A stretch of DNA of 64,000 nucleotides from an uncultured Planctomycetia bacterium (GTDB lineage Bacteria > Omnitrophota > Gorgyraeia > Gorgyraeales > Gorgyraeaceae). Both the position numbers and the translations under genes were made by a program. The stretch lies in the NCBI GenBank assembly GCA_964415355.1, contig CAYPYS010000002.1:8048-72047 (forward strand), written 5' to 3'. The notes beneath the pieces are model-generated. The model saw only the letters and a list, made by a program, of their open reading frames with translations. It was not told the DNA's origin and searched no databases. Shown here in pieces: positions 1-9,617 of this stretch; the first letter of the stretch is position 1, and every line of letters begins with the position of its first letter.

Positions 1-86
1 TTTTAACGGGCGCAGGCCTGGACAGAAAAGAGATAGAAGAGGTCTTTAAGAATTCTGAAAAGTTGGTGCGCCGTCTCCAGCCCTAA
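1..86 (+). CDS. 3' end of an upstream gene (partial; ...EKLVRRLQP*). Stop TAA at 84-86 lies inside repeat copy 1
   Basis: open frame running into window start; stop embedded in palindromic element. Confidence 0.3.
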   Translation, partial: LTGAGLDRKEIEEVFKNSEKLVRRLQP

Positions 87-127
87 GTTTACATTTTAAC
101 AATGTTAAAATGTAAACTTAGGGCTGG
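77..127. repeat. palindromic intergenic element copy 1 (51-bp perfect-palindrome variant ccagccctaagtttacattttaacaatgttaaaatgtaaacttagggctgg)
   Basis: read directly; self-complementary. Confidence 0.85.
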
Positions 128-191
128 TCTTGACACAGTGTATTTATTATAGTATGCTTTATGGAAAGTATAAATATAAATGGAGGGGAAT

Positions 192-656
192 ATGATTAAG
201 ATAAGTTCTGCATTTATCATCTTTTTATTTTCAGCCTTTGTTTTAGCTGGTTGCGCTACAGATTACCAGGGTCGTTCGTACAGCGATGATTCAACCAGAG
301 GGAGATCTCTGGGCGTAGCCTCTATATTGCGTTTTGATGATATCCCGGTTCCAGCGGGATTCAAGACGCTTAATAATGAATCCTTTGCGTTTCAAAATGA
401 CGTTACAAGGGTGGCTTTGATCAAGTATTCAGGCTCAAAAAACGCAGACCAGATGGTACTGTTTTTCAAAGAACAGATGCCCCTTTATAACTGGAGCCCG
501 ATCAATATAATAGAGTACGAGCGCAGGATATTGAATTACGAAAAAGGCTCGGAAAGCTGCATAGTGACCATTGAATCCAGAGGCATGAGGAGCATCGTAA
601 CTATAGCTATTTCACCAAAATCAAGGCCAATGAAGGTCGAAACAAAGATAAACTGA
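192..656 (+). CDS. hypothetical lipoprotein (signal peptide plus lipobox LAGC)
   Basis: RBS ggagggg before ATG at 192; N-terminal hydrophobic stretch and LAGC. Confidence 0.5.
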   Translation: MIKISSAFIIFLFSAFVLAGCATDYQGRSYSDDSTRGRSLGVASILRFDDIPVPAGFKTLNNESFAFQNDVTRVALIKYSGSKNADQMVLFFKEQMPLYNWSPINIIEYERRILNYEKGSESCIVTIESRGMRSIVTIAISPKSRPMKVETKIN

Positions 657-669
657 AGCCAATTAAGTC

Positions 670-698
670 TTGACAACGTTGTATATATAAGGTATACT
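670..698 (+). promoter_or_regulatory. sigma70-like promoter (TTGACA-17-TATACT)
   Basis: consensus hexamers with 17-bp spacer upstream of the OMP gene. Confidence 0.5.
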
Positions 699-889
699 TC
701 TTTTTTAATAATAGGGTATGTTTGGATATACCGCCGTAGGCTGCTTTAATCAGGGCGAAGAAGGGAGGGAAAATAAAAACTAGAAAGCCTGAAGTAGTCA
801 AAAAAATTGGCGATATATTTATAAATGAAAAAATAATTTAGGTAATAGCCTAAAGATTTAATAAAGCAATAACCAAGGAGGAAAACTAA

Positions 890-2326
890 ATGAAGAAATT
901 AATGACACTTTGCATAGCTCTTACTGCGATTGCTGTTATAGCAGCACCGGCATTAGCAGAAGTGCAGAATGTAAAGGTAAGCGGAGATATTTCTTCCGCT
1001 GGCGTTTATCGCAATAGCTATGACCTTTTCCCGGCAACCAGAAATTCCGTTACCGGTGATACCAATGAAGATGGTCAGGTTAGCGATAACGACAATTTCC
1101 TTTACACTATAGCAAGAATAAGAGTAGACGCAGATCTTACAGACAACGTAATGGCAACCATTCGTTTGCTCACAGAGTATGATTGGAACACAGAAGATAG
1201 CACATATGATGCTGGCGATGACCTGGATCTTGATCTCGCTAATGTTACTTTAAAGGAAGCTTTCTACGCTCCTTTGACAGTGACTGTTGGTAGGCAGGAA
1301 CTAAGGTATGGAAACGCGTTTATCGTTGGCGATCCAGATACCAATGGTACCTCAAAAGATGGCAATATAACATCAACAGATATGAGCAAACGTAAGTCTT
1401 TTGACGCTATAAGAGGTGTTTTGGATTACAACCCTTATACGATAGATGTTATCTTTGCCAAGATAGACGAAACAAACAACACAGAGGCTTCTGACGAAGA
1501 TCTGTTTGGTGTCAACGCAGCATGGGATGTCGGTAGCTACAACTCAGAAGTAGAAGGATACTGGTTCTATAACAGGGATCAGGATCAGGATACAGTTAAC
1601 GTTGCTAATGACAGCACGTCACCGGGCCACGATATTCACGTATTTGGCGTAAGAGGCAGCCTGGAGCCAATTGAAAATTTGACCTTAATTGGTGAATTCG
1701 CATGGCAGCGTGGTGATTTTGAAACTGCTTCAGATGATGGCACGACTACCAAGAGAGATCAGGATGCAAACGCATTCCAGATAGCTGGAGACTATGCACT
1801 TTCTGGCTGGAATTGGGAGCCGACTATCAGAGCTGGCTGGACGCATTATTCAGGAGAAGGTTATGCTGATGATGGTGATAATGGATCCTGGATACCTCTT
1901 TACGAAGACCAGAGTCATGGTATAGTTGCAAACTACGTATTGAGCGGTATCAATGGCGGACAGAACAGTAACGCTGATATTCTTAACATAGGCGCGACTG
2001 CTACGCCGATGGAAGACCTGACTGTAAGTATTGATTATTACAATTTCTTGTCAGATGAGAACATTGTTACATCTAATACTTCAGCCAATAACAACTCGGC
2101 GCTTAATTGGACCAATCTTACGGAATCCAGCTATAACATGACTGCAGATGACGAACTCGGTTATGAAATAGACATAGCTCTTAACTATGACTATACTGAG
2201 GACGTTCAGATGGGTCTTTCTGCTGGTTTCTTCGAACCTGGCAAGGCATTTGAAGGCGAATCTTCAGGTAACAGGAATGATGAAGACGCTGTTCAGGTGT
2301 TAGCAACATTAGACGTTGCTTTTTAA
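890..2326 (+). CDS. outer-membrane beta-barrel protein (porin-like), signal peptide, C-terminal aromatic residue
   Basis: AGGAGG RBS; N-terminal signal peptide ending ALA-EV; alternating beta-strand pattern; ends ...LDVAF. Confidence 0.5.
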   Translation: MKKLMTLCIALTAIAVIAAPALAEVQNVKVSGDISSAGVYRNSYDLFPATRNSVTGDTNEDGQVSDNDNFLYTIARIRVDADLTDNVMATIRLLTEYDWNTEDSTYDAGDDLDLDLANVTLKEAFYAPLTVTVGRQELRYGNAFIVGDPDTNGTSKDGNITSTDMSKRKSFDAIRGVLDYNPYTIDVIFAKIDETNNTEASDEDLFGVNAAWDVGSYNSEVEGYWFYNRDQDQDTVNVANDSTSPGHDIHVFGVRGSLEPIENLTLIGEFAWQRGDFETASDDGTTTKRDQDANAFQIAGDYALSGWNWEPTIRAGWTHYSGEGYADDGDNGSWIPLYEDQSHGIVANYVLSGINGGQNSNADILNIGATATPMEDLTVSIDYYNFLSDENIVTSNTSANNNSALNWTNLTESSYNMTADDELGYEIDIALNYDYTEDVQMGLSAGFFEPGKAFEGESSGNRNDEDAVQVLATLDVAF

Positions 2327-2360
2327 CATCTGCTAGGTTTAGTTGTTTTAGTTTTGAGAT

Positions 2361-2394
2361 TCCCCGGAGGAGTAATCCTCCGGGGAATTTTTTT
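2361..2394 (+). terminator. rho-independent terminator (tccccggagg agtaat cctccgggg plus T7)
   Basis: 9-bp GC stem followed by T-run. Confidence 0.75.
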
Positions 2395-2395
2395 G

Positions 2396-2436
2396 CCTAA
2401 CTTTACATTTCAACAACGTTAAAATGTAAAGTTAGA
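2396..2436. repeat. palindromic intergenic element copy 2
   Basis: gcctaactttacatttcaacaacgttaaaatgtaaagttagac. Confidence 0.85.
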
Positions 2437-2437
2437 C

Positions 2438-2466
2438 TTGAATTGTCGGATTTTTGTGGCATAATT
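2438..2466 (+). promoter_or_regulatory. promoter TTGAAT-17-ATAATT driving riboswitch leader
   Basis: hexamers with 17-bp spacing immediately upstream of the GEMM aptamer. Confidence 0.5.
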
Positions 2467-2485
2467 CTAATAGAGACAACTGAAT

Positions 2486-2585
2486 ATTTAGGAACGAAAA
2501 GGCAAACCACTTGAAAGGGTGGGGCGCAAAATCACAGGCCTAAAGTCAGGACAGACTAAGGTGGCTGGATCGCCGAAACCAAAAA
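2486..2585 (+). promoter_or_regulatory. c-di-GMP-I (GEMM) riboswitch aptamer
   Basis: GGCAAACCACUUGAAAGGGUGGGGCGCAAAAUCACAGGCCUAAAG matches the Vc2 core (GGCAAACC..GAAAG.GUGGGACGCAAAGCC...GGCCUAAAC); GNRA tetraloop hairpin. Confidence 0.7.
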
Positions 2586-2621
2586 GCCTATTCTCTTAAG
2601 TGGGGGATAGGTTTTTTTATT
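2586..2621 (+). terminator. riboswitch expression-platform terminator (cctat..atagg plus T-run)
   Basis: hairpin then ttttttt just before the start codon region. Confidence 0.55.
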
Positions 2622-2625
2622 TTAG

Positions 2626-3018
2626 GTGTCTCCCATGAAGATCCTAGCGGTTGCTTTAGTAGCTATGCTCTTGAGCTTGAGCATGCCCCTGACATACCTA
2701 TATAATACCCCTGTAGTGTTCAATGGCATGGCGTCTTGGTATTCTGAACAGGACCCAGGCGTTTTAAAGACAACTGCCAACATGGAAACATTTGATGATT
2801 CCAAGCTTACATGCGCTATGTGGGACATGCCCTTTAATGCCCTATTAAAGGTAACTAATGTAGAAAACGGTAAATTTGTCTATGTAAGAGTAAACGACAG
2901 AGGTCCGGCAAAGAGATTGGTTCAAGAGGGGAGGGTAATTGATCTTACAAAAAAGGCATTTTCTTATATAAATAGTTTAGAAACTGGCCTTATTGAGGTC
3001 GAGATTGAGATAATATAA
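2626..3018 (+). CDS. RlpA-like double-psi beta-barrel (DPBB) protein, secreted
   Basis: ASWYSEQ...TANME-FDDSKLTCAM...VRVNDRGP...VIDLTKKAF matches RlpA/3D-domain signature. Confidence 0.6.
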   Translation: MSPMKILAVALVAMLLSLSMPLTYLYNTPVVFNGMASWYSEQDPGVLKTTANMETFDDSKLTCAMWDMPFNALLKVTNVENGKFVYVRVNDRGPAKRLVQEGRVIDLTKKAFSYINSLETGLIEVEIEII

Positions 3019-3043
3019 AATTAAATAAACGGTAAAGTTATTA

Positions 3044-3075
3044 TTCCGGGACTCTTTGGTCTCGGATTTTTTATA
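3044..3075 (+). terminator. probable terminator (tccgggac..gtctcgga plus T-run)
   Basis: stem with one G-T wobble followed by tttttt. Confidence 0.4.
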
Positions 3076-3083
3076 TATGCCGG

Positions 3084-3124
3084 CTTAAGTATACATTTCA
3101 ACAATGTTAAAATGTATACTTAAG
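3084..3124. repeat. palindromic intergenic element copy 3 (gtatac variant)
   Basis: cttaagtatacatttcaacaatgttaaaatgtatacttaag; identical core to the copy at 34325. Confidence 0.8.
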
Positions 3125-3158
3125 AAGAGGAAAGGTGGAAATTTTTTTTATTTTTATG

Positions 3159-3187
3159 TTGACATAGATGTTTAATTAATTTATAAT
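3159..3187 (+). promoter_or_regulatory. consensus sigma70 promoter TTGACA-17-TATAAT
   Basis: perfect hexamers and 17-bp spacer, 45 bp upstream of the PKD-protein start. Confidence 0.65.
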
Positions 3188-3231
3188 ACTTAATAAATAT
3201 ATGAAATAACTTTATTCACAAGGAGGGGTTT

Positions 3232-5781
3232 ATGAGTAAGAAGATTCTGATTTGTGCGCTTGGTTTAATCATCTTTGTAAGTCTAATCGGTGTAAGAGAC
3301 GCTTTATGCTATAGAGTGCCACCTGAAGAGAGCAATGTTCGGTATCTATACGTATTTGGCGAGGATGGTAAAAAGAGTTACGGAGCAAAGGACGAGCCTC
3401 AGATCGTATTTCTAAAGGTCCCGGCAAATTATACAGGGACAGTAGAGATATCTGTTTACGACCCTGATGTCGGTGGATATGTTGACGAAAAGAGCGGGAG
3501 ATGGAATACTGAAACCCGCTTTTCTATTTTTGGAGGAAAGAAAGCGTTTTCGTCTTTAGAGGGTATAGTCGAGGCAGACGCGAGAGATCTTCTTCAGGGT
3601 ACTCTTTTAGACGCAAAGACTTTCGGAGAAGATAAAAAATACGACAAGAAATTTTATCATTTTACCCCGGTCAACGCAACGCAGGGAGAAAAGATAGGCG
3701 CTTTTAGATATTTCAAGATCGTTGCCGAAGGATTGTCAGGCGACGACAACAACGTCTTTTCATTAGACGTTTCTCCTGATGTGGCTGAGGCGTTCAGCTA
3801 TTCTTTATCACTCAGGCTTTCAGAGCGTCGCGGCACAAAGATGATGCTGTATCCTGATATACCTAAGAATGTAGCGCAGATTACTGAACACAATTTCGAT
3901 GTGGATCCTACAGGAGGCTCCATAGATCTTATAAGCGCTTCCAAGGCGTATAAAATAAATGCTTCAGGAACAGGCGCGTGGACTGACACCAAGATAAATG
4001 TTTCTCCATCTGAGGCAGGCAGGAGATGGGTTTATGAAATAACAAAAGATACGCAGCCCAACGCAAACATGGCTATGTACATAACTGCGGCCGATGGTTC
4101 CGCTGTTCCGGTATTTTTCAGGCCGGGAGAAGGCGGACCAAAGATGGTTTTTGTCGAAAGAAAAGCTGGGAAGGTCAAAGAGGCAGCGCCGTGGGAAGAA
4201 TCCAAGATATCATGCAGCACTTTTAAGTTCGATGGTTCTAAGTCATATGACCCGGATGATCAGCAACTGACATATTTTTGGGATTTCGGTGACGGCTCTA
4301 CGAGCAATCAGATCAGGTCAATGCATACCTATAAGGAAGCCGGTAAATATCTTGTTCGTTTAACTGTTACCGATGTATCCGAAGCAGACTGTAACACCGC
4401 GACTACCCAGCAGGTAGTCAAGGTTAACCAGCCTCCGTGCGCTATTGCCACCGGACCCGGTATTTCCTGTATAAACACAGAGATATCTTTTGATGGCAGT
4501 CAATCAACGGATAGCCCGGATGACAAGTTGACATACAGATGGGACTTTGGCGACGGAGAAACAGCTAAAGGAGCAAAGGTATCTCATAAGTATAAAAAGG
4601 GAGGCGATTACGTAGTCACGCTTACTGTAATAGATGATTCAGGCAGTATGTGCGATACAGGCGTAGACAAGTTGAATGTGGCTGTAAACACTCCTCCTGT
4701 AGCAGACGCTGGCGACAATATAATGATTTGTAAGGACAGCCCCTATGATTCGCTGGAGGTTACTTTTGACGCATCGAAATCCAAAGACGCAGACGGACAT
4801 AAGCTTACCTATATATGGGATTTCGGAGACGGAGAAACACAGGAAGGCAAGACAGTGATACATAAATACGAAAAGGGAGGCGACTACGTAGCAAAGCTAT
4901 TGGTTATAGATGAAACAGATACAGAGTGCAACAGGTCGACCCAGACAAAACTTGTCAAATTAAACAGAGCGCCTCTTGCTGATGCGGGCGGAAATTTAAA
5001 TATATGTTTGACGGAAAAGGCTGATTTCGACGCTTCTAATTCATTTGATAGCGACGGAGACGCCCTTACTTATAGCTGGGATTTCGGCGACGGACAGACA
5101 GCGACAGGCAAAAAGGTCTCGCATAAATACGGAAGAGGGGGAGTTTACAAAGCAACCCTTACTGTCAATGACAATACCAGGACAGATTGTTCTGCTGTTA
5201 AGGAGACGATAGTGGTGGACGTTAACTCTTCTCCTGCGGCAAATATTTCCGCAGATGATATCGCATGTGTCGACGAATTAGTGAAATTTAACGGGACCAA
5301 GTCGGCAGATCCGGATGGCGACAAATTGATCTACACTTGGGATTTCGGCGATGGCAATACTGCGAGCGGCAACAATGTAAAGCATTCCTATTTAAAAGGA
5401 GGTCTGTACAAGGCGACGCTTTTTGTTGATGATGGCAAGAACTCGGATTGCTCGGGTTCGACAAAAATGCATTACGTGAATGTAAATACGCCTCCTACGG
5501 CAGAAGCAGGCCCGGATCTTCTTATTTGCGTGAAAGATAAGGTTGACTTCGATGCCACAGCGTCCTACGATCCGGACAATGACAACCTTACTTACTCCTG
5601 GGATTTCGGGGACGGGACAACGGCAAGAGGTCCGAAAGCAAGTCATACCTACAGGGGTATAGGTATTTATAAAGTAGTTCTGACGGTTACTGATGATTCA
5701 GGCACAGAGTGTAACGTGTCGCAAGATACTCTGGTGGCGACTGTCAACGCAGAGCCAGTACCTGTCATAGAAGTTATTTAA
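3232..5781 (+). CDS. secreted/cell-surface protein with about 6 tandem PKD domains and an about 330-aa N-terminal domain
   Basis: repeated TYxWDFGDGxT...HxY...G.Y...LTV.D motif; signal/TM at N-terminus. Confidence 0.7.
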   Translation: MSKKILICALGLIIFVSLIGVRDALCYRVPPEESNVRYLYVFGEDGKKSYGAKDEPQIVFLKVPANYTGTVEISVYDPDVGGYVDEKSGRWNTETRFSIFGGKKAFSSLEGIVEADARDLLQGTLLDAKTFGEDKKYDKKFYHFTPVNATQGEKIGAFRYFKIVAEGLSGDDNNVFSLDVSPDVAEAFSYSLSLRLSERRGTKMMLYPDIPKNVAQITEHNFDVDPTGGSIDLISASKAYKINASGTGAWTDTKINVSPSEAGRRWVYEITKDTQPNANMAMYITAADGSAVPVFFRPGEGGPKMVFVERKAGKVKEAAPWEESKISCSTFKFDGSKSYDPDDQQLTYFWDFGDGSTSNQIRSMHTYKEAGKYLVRLTVTDVSEADCNTATTQQVVKVNQPPCAIATGPGISCINTEISFDGSQSTDSPDDKLTYRWDFGDGETAKGAKVSHKYKKGGDYVVTLTVIDDSGSMCDTGVDKLNVAVNTPPVADAGDNIMICKDSPYDSLEVTFDASKSKDADGHKLTYIWDFGDGETQEGKTVIHKYEKGGDYVAKLLVIDETDTECNRSTQTKLVKLNRAPLADAGGNLNICLTEKADFDASNSFDSDGDALTYSWDFGDGQTATGKKVSHKYGRGGVYKATLTVNDNTRTDCSAVKETIVVDVNSSPAANISADDIACVDELVKFNGTKSADPDGDKLIYTWDFGDGNTASGNNVKHSYLKGGLYKATLFVDDGKNSDCSGSTKMHYVNVNTPPTAEAGPDLLICVKDKVDFDATASYDPDNDNLTYSWDFGDGTTARGPKASHTYRGIGIYKVVLTVTDDSGTECNVSQDTLVATVNAEPVPVIEVI

Positions 5782-5876
5782 AAGTAGTAAGACATAAATG
5801 CTCAACCAAGAGAGGCCCCAGATGCAAAATTTAGGAATAATTTTGTGCGGGGCTTTTTTTGTGATATAATGTTCGC

Positions 5877-7973
5877 ATGTCGGGCACTGGTTATAAAATC
5901 ATGACAAAGAAAAAAGCAATTTTAACAACTTTCCTTTCAATAATGCTTCTCTTGATAGCGCGGCCGTCTTTTGCCCGTAATCTCACCATTGTCTTTACAG
6001 GCGATACGCGCGGGGAAATAGAGAATTGCCATTGCCCTAAAGAAGATTATGGCGGACTGCCCAGAAGGGCCAAGTATATAGACGAGGTCAAGGAAGAGGT
6101 GGGAGATCTATTGCTCCTTGATACAGGGGATGTCTTGCAGCTTTACGCGTCGGATCTCGAAAAGAAGGATACCCTGCATAAGGCAGTTATATCTTTTAAG
6201 GCAATGGATATGATGAACTATTCTGTCATGAATGTAGGCGAAAGCGACTTTGTCTTGGGAGAAGATTTTTTAAGCGAGAGAGAATCAGTTGTTTCTTTTC
6301 CGTTTATCTCAGCCAACATAGTAGACAAAAATACAAAAGAGCTCTTTTTTGAGCCATATTTTGTAAAAGAAATGGAAAATGGCCTTAAGGTGGGAGTGAT
6401 CGGTCTTGTGAATGAGCGGTATGTAGTTAATTCGGATAAGCTGTCCATAATTCCGCATAAAGATGCAATTGACAGGTTCTTGCCGGAGCTAAAGGCCAGG
6501 TCAGACATAGTTATTGCCCTGGCTCATCTGGGATTGCCGTATTCTATAGAGCTTGCAAATTACACCAAAGACATCGATGTTATACTTAGCGGGCACTGGG
6601 ACGCAAATAGCCAGGAACCCATGAAGGTAAACAACTCGTTGGTTATGCCCACGACTTATCATTCGAGGAAGATAGGCAGGCTTAATCTTGAGGTCGGGAG
6701 AAAAGGCGTTTACTCTTATAGATGGGAGTCTACGCCGCTCGACGAAGATTATGACGGAAATACTATTTTTGAAGAGCTTATCGCTACAATGCCAGACTTA
6801 GGAGGCATAGAAGAGAAAAATGTTTTAGGCGGAAGCGAGACGTTTAATGGGACGCCTTTAAGGGTCTTTGTTTTTTATTCTCCTGGCTGCAGGGCATGCA
6901 TTGAGATAGAAAAAGACTTTTTGCCCGGGATCGAGGAAAAATATGGACCCCGGATAGCTCTGGAGCAGTATGACGTGAGCGTGTTAAAAAATTACGAACA
7001 GATGTTAAGGCTTGAGGAACTGTACGGGGTAGAGGAAGGCGGGTATGTCCCGGAGGTCATAGTTTCAGAATATGTTTTAATGGGTAAAGAAGATATAGTG
7101 GCTAATTTAGATGAGACAATACAGAAGGCCTTGATAGAGGCTAGTGAGTTAAAAAAAAACAATAAGGATTCAAAGGTAGAAGCAGTCGAGTATCAGTTGC
7201 CCACCGGTTCTCTTGTTTTATCCAGATTTCAATCGTTTAGCTTGTTCGCCGTCATGATGGCTGGTTTGTTGGACGGCGTAAATCCATGCGCCTTTACCAC
7301 CATAGTATTTTTTATCTCATTTCTTTCTCTCGTAGGATATAAGAGGCGCGAGATGTTTGCCGCAGGCTCTTCTTTTACCGTCGCTGTATTTATAGCGTAC
7401 TTGTTGATCGGCCTGGGCATCTTTAGATTTTTAAGGTCATTGCAAGGTTTTGGCCACGTGATTTATGCTATAAATATATTCATAGGCGGTTCGGCTTTTA
7501 TTCTCGGCATATTGAGTCTGGTGGATTATTTCAAATTCAAAAAAACCAAGGATCCCAAAAGTATCATATTGAAGCTACCGCAGTCTATCAAGAACAAGAT
7601 ACATTCGGTCATAGGCTCTGATTTCAGGCCAGGTCGGAAATCAGGCAAGAGAACGCTGTTGGGTATAGTATGGATCGCGTTTACAGCAGGTTTTATGGTT
7701 TCTGTGTTGGAATCCTTTTGTACTGGGCAGGTATATTTACCCACAATAGCCTTTGTGCTCAAAATGCCGGATAAAAAGACCCCAGCCTTTATATATCTGA
7801 TTCTTTACAATCTCGCTTTTATCGTGCCTCTTATAGTGGTTTTCTTTTTAGGGTTTTTTGGCGCCACTTCAAAGGCCTTTTCAAAATTCATGGAAAGACG
7901 TCTTGGCGCTGTTAAGCTTTGCACGGCCGCACTGTTTTTCCTGCTCGCCTCCGCCCTAATACTCTTCCGTTAA
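5877..7973 (+). CDS. fusion protein: N-terminal periplasmic domain(s) (metallophosphoesterase/thioredoxin-like) plus C-terminal DsbD/CcdA-type transmembrane domain
   Basis: LLDGVNPCAF motif typical of CcdA/DsbD TM region; about 9 C-terminal TM helices; alternative start ATG 5901. Confidence 0.45.
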   Translation: MSGTGYKIMTKKKAILTTFLSIMLLLIARPSFARNLTIVFTGDTRGEIENCHCPKEDYGGLPRRAKYIDEVKEEVGDLLLLDTGDVLQLYASDLEKKDTLHKAVISFKAMDMMNYSVMNVGESDFVLGEDFLSERESVVSFPFISANIVDKNTKELFFEPYFVKEMENGLKVGVIGLVNERYVVNSDKLSIIPHKDAIDRFLPELKARSDIVIALAHLGLPYSIELANYTKDIDVILSGHWDANSQEPMKVNNSLVMPTTYHSRKIGRLNLEVGRKGVYSYRWESTPLDEDYDGNTIFEELIATMPDLGGIEEKNVLGGSETFNGTPLRVFVFYSPGCRACIEIEKDFLPGIEEKYGPRIALEQYDVSVLKNYEQMLRLEELYGVEEGGYVPEVIVSEYVLMGKEDIVANLDETIQKALIEASELKKNNKDSKVEAVEYQLPTGSLVLSRFQSFSLFAVMMAGLLDGVNPCAFTTIVFFISFLSLVGYKRREMFAAGSSFTVAVFIAYLLIGLGIFRFLRSLQGFGHVIYAINIFIGGSAFILGILSLVDYFKFKKTKDPKSIILKLPQSIKNKIHSVIGSDFRPGRKSGKRTLLGIVWIAFTAGFMVSVLESFCTGQVYLPTIAFVLKMPDKKTPAFIYLILYNLAFIVPLIVVFFLGFFGATSKAFSKFMERRLGAVKLCTAALFFLLASALILFR

Positions 7974-8008
7974 CTTTACATTTCAACAACGTTAAAGTGT
8001 AAAGTTAA
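7971..8008. repeat. palindromic intergenic element copy 4 (contains stop TAA of the upstream gene)
   Basis: taactttacatttcaacaacgttaaagtgtaaagttaag. Confidence 0.85.
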
Positions 8009-8079
8009 GCCTCTTCAATTTACCACTATTTAAAAATTATATTTGACGCGAGAATTGTTTTGACATACACTTATCCTAT

Positions 8080-8853
8080 ATGAGTCGTATATTGCTTCTT
8101 ATTTTACTTATGTGCGGGCTGTCTTCCTGTGTGAGCCAGGAGTACAATACTGCTACAGGCACAGAAGATATTATCTTTGTGTCTACCGAGAAAGAAATCG
8201 ATATGGGGCGTAACATAGCAGACGGTATTGAGAAAAACCCTGATATTACGCTGGATCCGGACCCTATAATGACAGAACGCGTCAAGCAGATCGGCGAAAA
8301 GATAGCGTCTGTTTCAGACAGAAAAGAGGTGTCTTATACTTTTAGGGTGATAGACGATGATGACGTTAACGCATTTGCTCTGCCAGGCGGGTATATATTT
8401 ATCTTCAGGGGCCTCATAGAGGAGACCGAGTCTGACGACGAACTCGCTTCGGTAATCGCTCATGAGATAGCGCATGTAGTAGCAAGGCATTCTGTCAAGC
8501 GCTTGCAAGGGGGGATCGGGTTTAATATTTTACAGATATTAATGGCAACCACGCGGGCGCAAAATACAAATAAGATCAACGCCGCTATCGGCCAGCTTGT
8601 AATGGCTTATTCAAGAGAAGACGAGGCGCTTGCTGATAAGATAGCGGTTAAATATTTAAGAGAATCAGGATACGACCCTATGGCAATGATATATTTTCTG
8701 GAAAAACTACAGGAGGTGCGAAGAAAGTCTCCTATCAGGACATACAGCGCGTATCGTTCGCACCCGCTTATTGCTAATCGCATACGAATGGTAAAGCAGG
8801 AGCTTACCGGAGAAGTAGAGTTTAGCGACTACATGAACAAGCCAATAGACTAA
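8080..8853 (+). CDS. M48-family zinc metallopeptidase lipoprotein (BepA/YcaL-like)
   Basis: HEIAHV HExxH motif; ALPGGYIFIFRGL; lipobox GLSSC. Confidence 0.7.
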   Translation: MSRILLLILLMCGLSSCVSQEYNTATGTEDIIFVSTEKEIDMGRNIADGIEKNPDITLDPDPIMTERVKQIGEKIASVSDRKEVSYTFRVIDDDDVNAFALPGGYIFIFRGLIEETESDDELASVIAHEIAHVVARHSVKRLQGGIGFNILQILMATTRAQNTNKINAAIGQLVMAYSREDEALADKIAVKYLRESGYDPMAMIYFLEKLQEVRRKSPIRTYSAYRSHPLIANRIRMVKQELTGEVEFSDYMNKPID

Positions 8854-8888
8854 CTTTACACTTTAACGTTGTTGAAATGTAAAGTTAA
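8851..8888. repeat. palindromic intergenic element copy 5 (opposite orientation; contains upstream stop TAA)
   Basis: taactttacactttaacgttgttgaaatgtaaagttaag. Confidence 0.85.
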
Positions 8889-8904
8889 GAGGAGGAGGAA
8901 GTTG

Positions 8905-9561
8905 ATGCCGAGGATAATAAAAGCGTCTGATTTTAGATCAGAAGACCCGTGGCGCATATTCAGGATCATGTCGGAATTCGTAGAAGGTTTTAACGAGCTA
9001 TCTCAGATCGGGCCAGCGGTTTCCATCTTTGGTTCTGCCAGGACAAAGCCAAAGGATAAATATTATAAGCTCGCTGAAAAAACAGCCGATCTTTTATGTA
9101 AAAATGGTTTCGCGATCATTACAGGCGCGGGCCCTGGCATAATGGAGGCAGCCAATAAGGGGGCTAAGGCTGCAGGCGGCCTTTCTGTAGGGCTTAATAT
9201 AGAGGTACCTATAGTCCAGAAGCCAAATAAGTTTATCACGAAGCTTATAAATTTCAGATATTTTTTCTCTCGCAAGGTCATGTTTTTAAAATACGCTAAG
9301 GCGTTCCTTGTTTTTCCCGGAGGCTTCGGTACTATGGATGAGTTTTTTGAAGCGATCACCCTTGTACAGACAAAGAGGGTAGAGGCGTTTCCGGTTATAT
9401 TAATAGGCAGGGAATACTGGAAAGGCCTTGTTGATTGGATCAAAGGCGACATGTTAAAAAAGGATCGCATAGTCAAGAAAGATCTGTGTATTTTTCAGGT
9501 AGTAGATAGTCCCGAAGAGGCCCTAAAAATAATAAAAGTTTTCTATTCAAACTCAGACTGA
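8905..9561 (+). CDS. LOG-family protein (cytokinin riboside 5'-monophosphate phosphoribohydrolase-like, TIGR00730)
   Basis: TGAGPGIMEAANKGA...PGGFGTMDE motifs; the ORF-track start at 8869 (MLKCKV) is a repeat artefact. Confidence 0.7.
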   Translation: MPRIIKASDFRSEDPWRIFRIMSEFVEGFNELSQIGPAVSIFGSARTKPKDKYYKLAEKTADLLCKNGFAIITGAGPGIMEAANKGAKAAGGLSVGLNIEVPIVQKPNKFITKLINFRYFFSRKVMFLKYAKAFLVFPGGFGTMDEFFEAITLVQTKRVEAFPVILIGREYWKGLVDWIKGDMLKKDRIVKKDLCIFQVVDSPEEALKIIKVFYSNSD

Positions 9562-9617
9562 TTTGTTATACAATGTTATCATTATTAAAGAGGTTCTTTA
9601 AGAGAGAGGGGGTGGCT

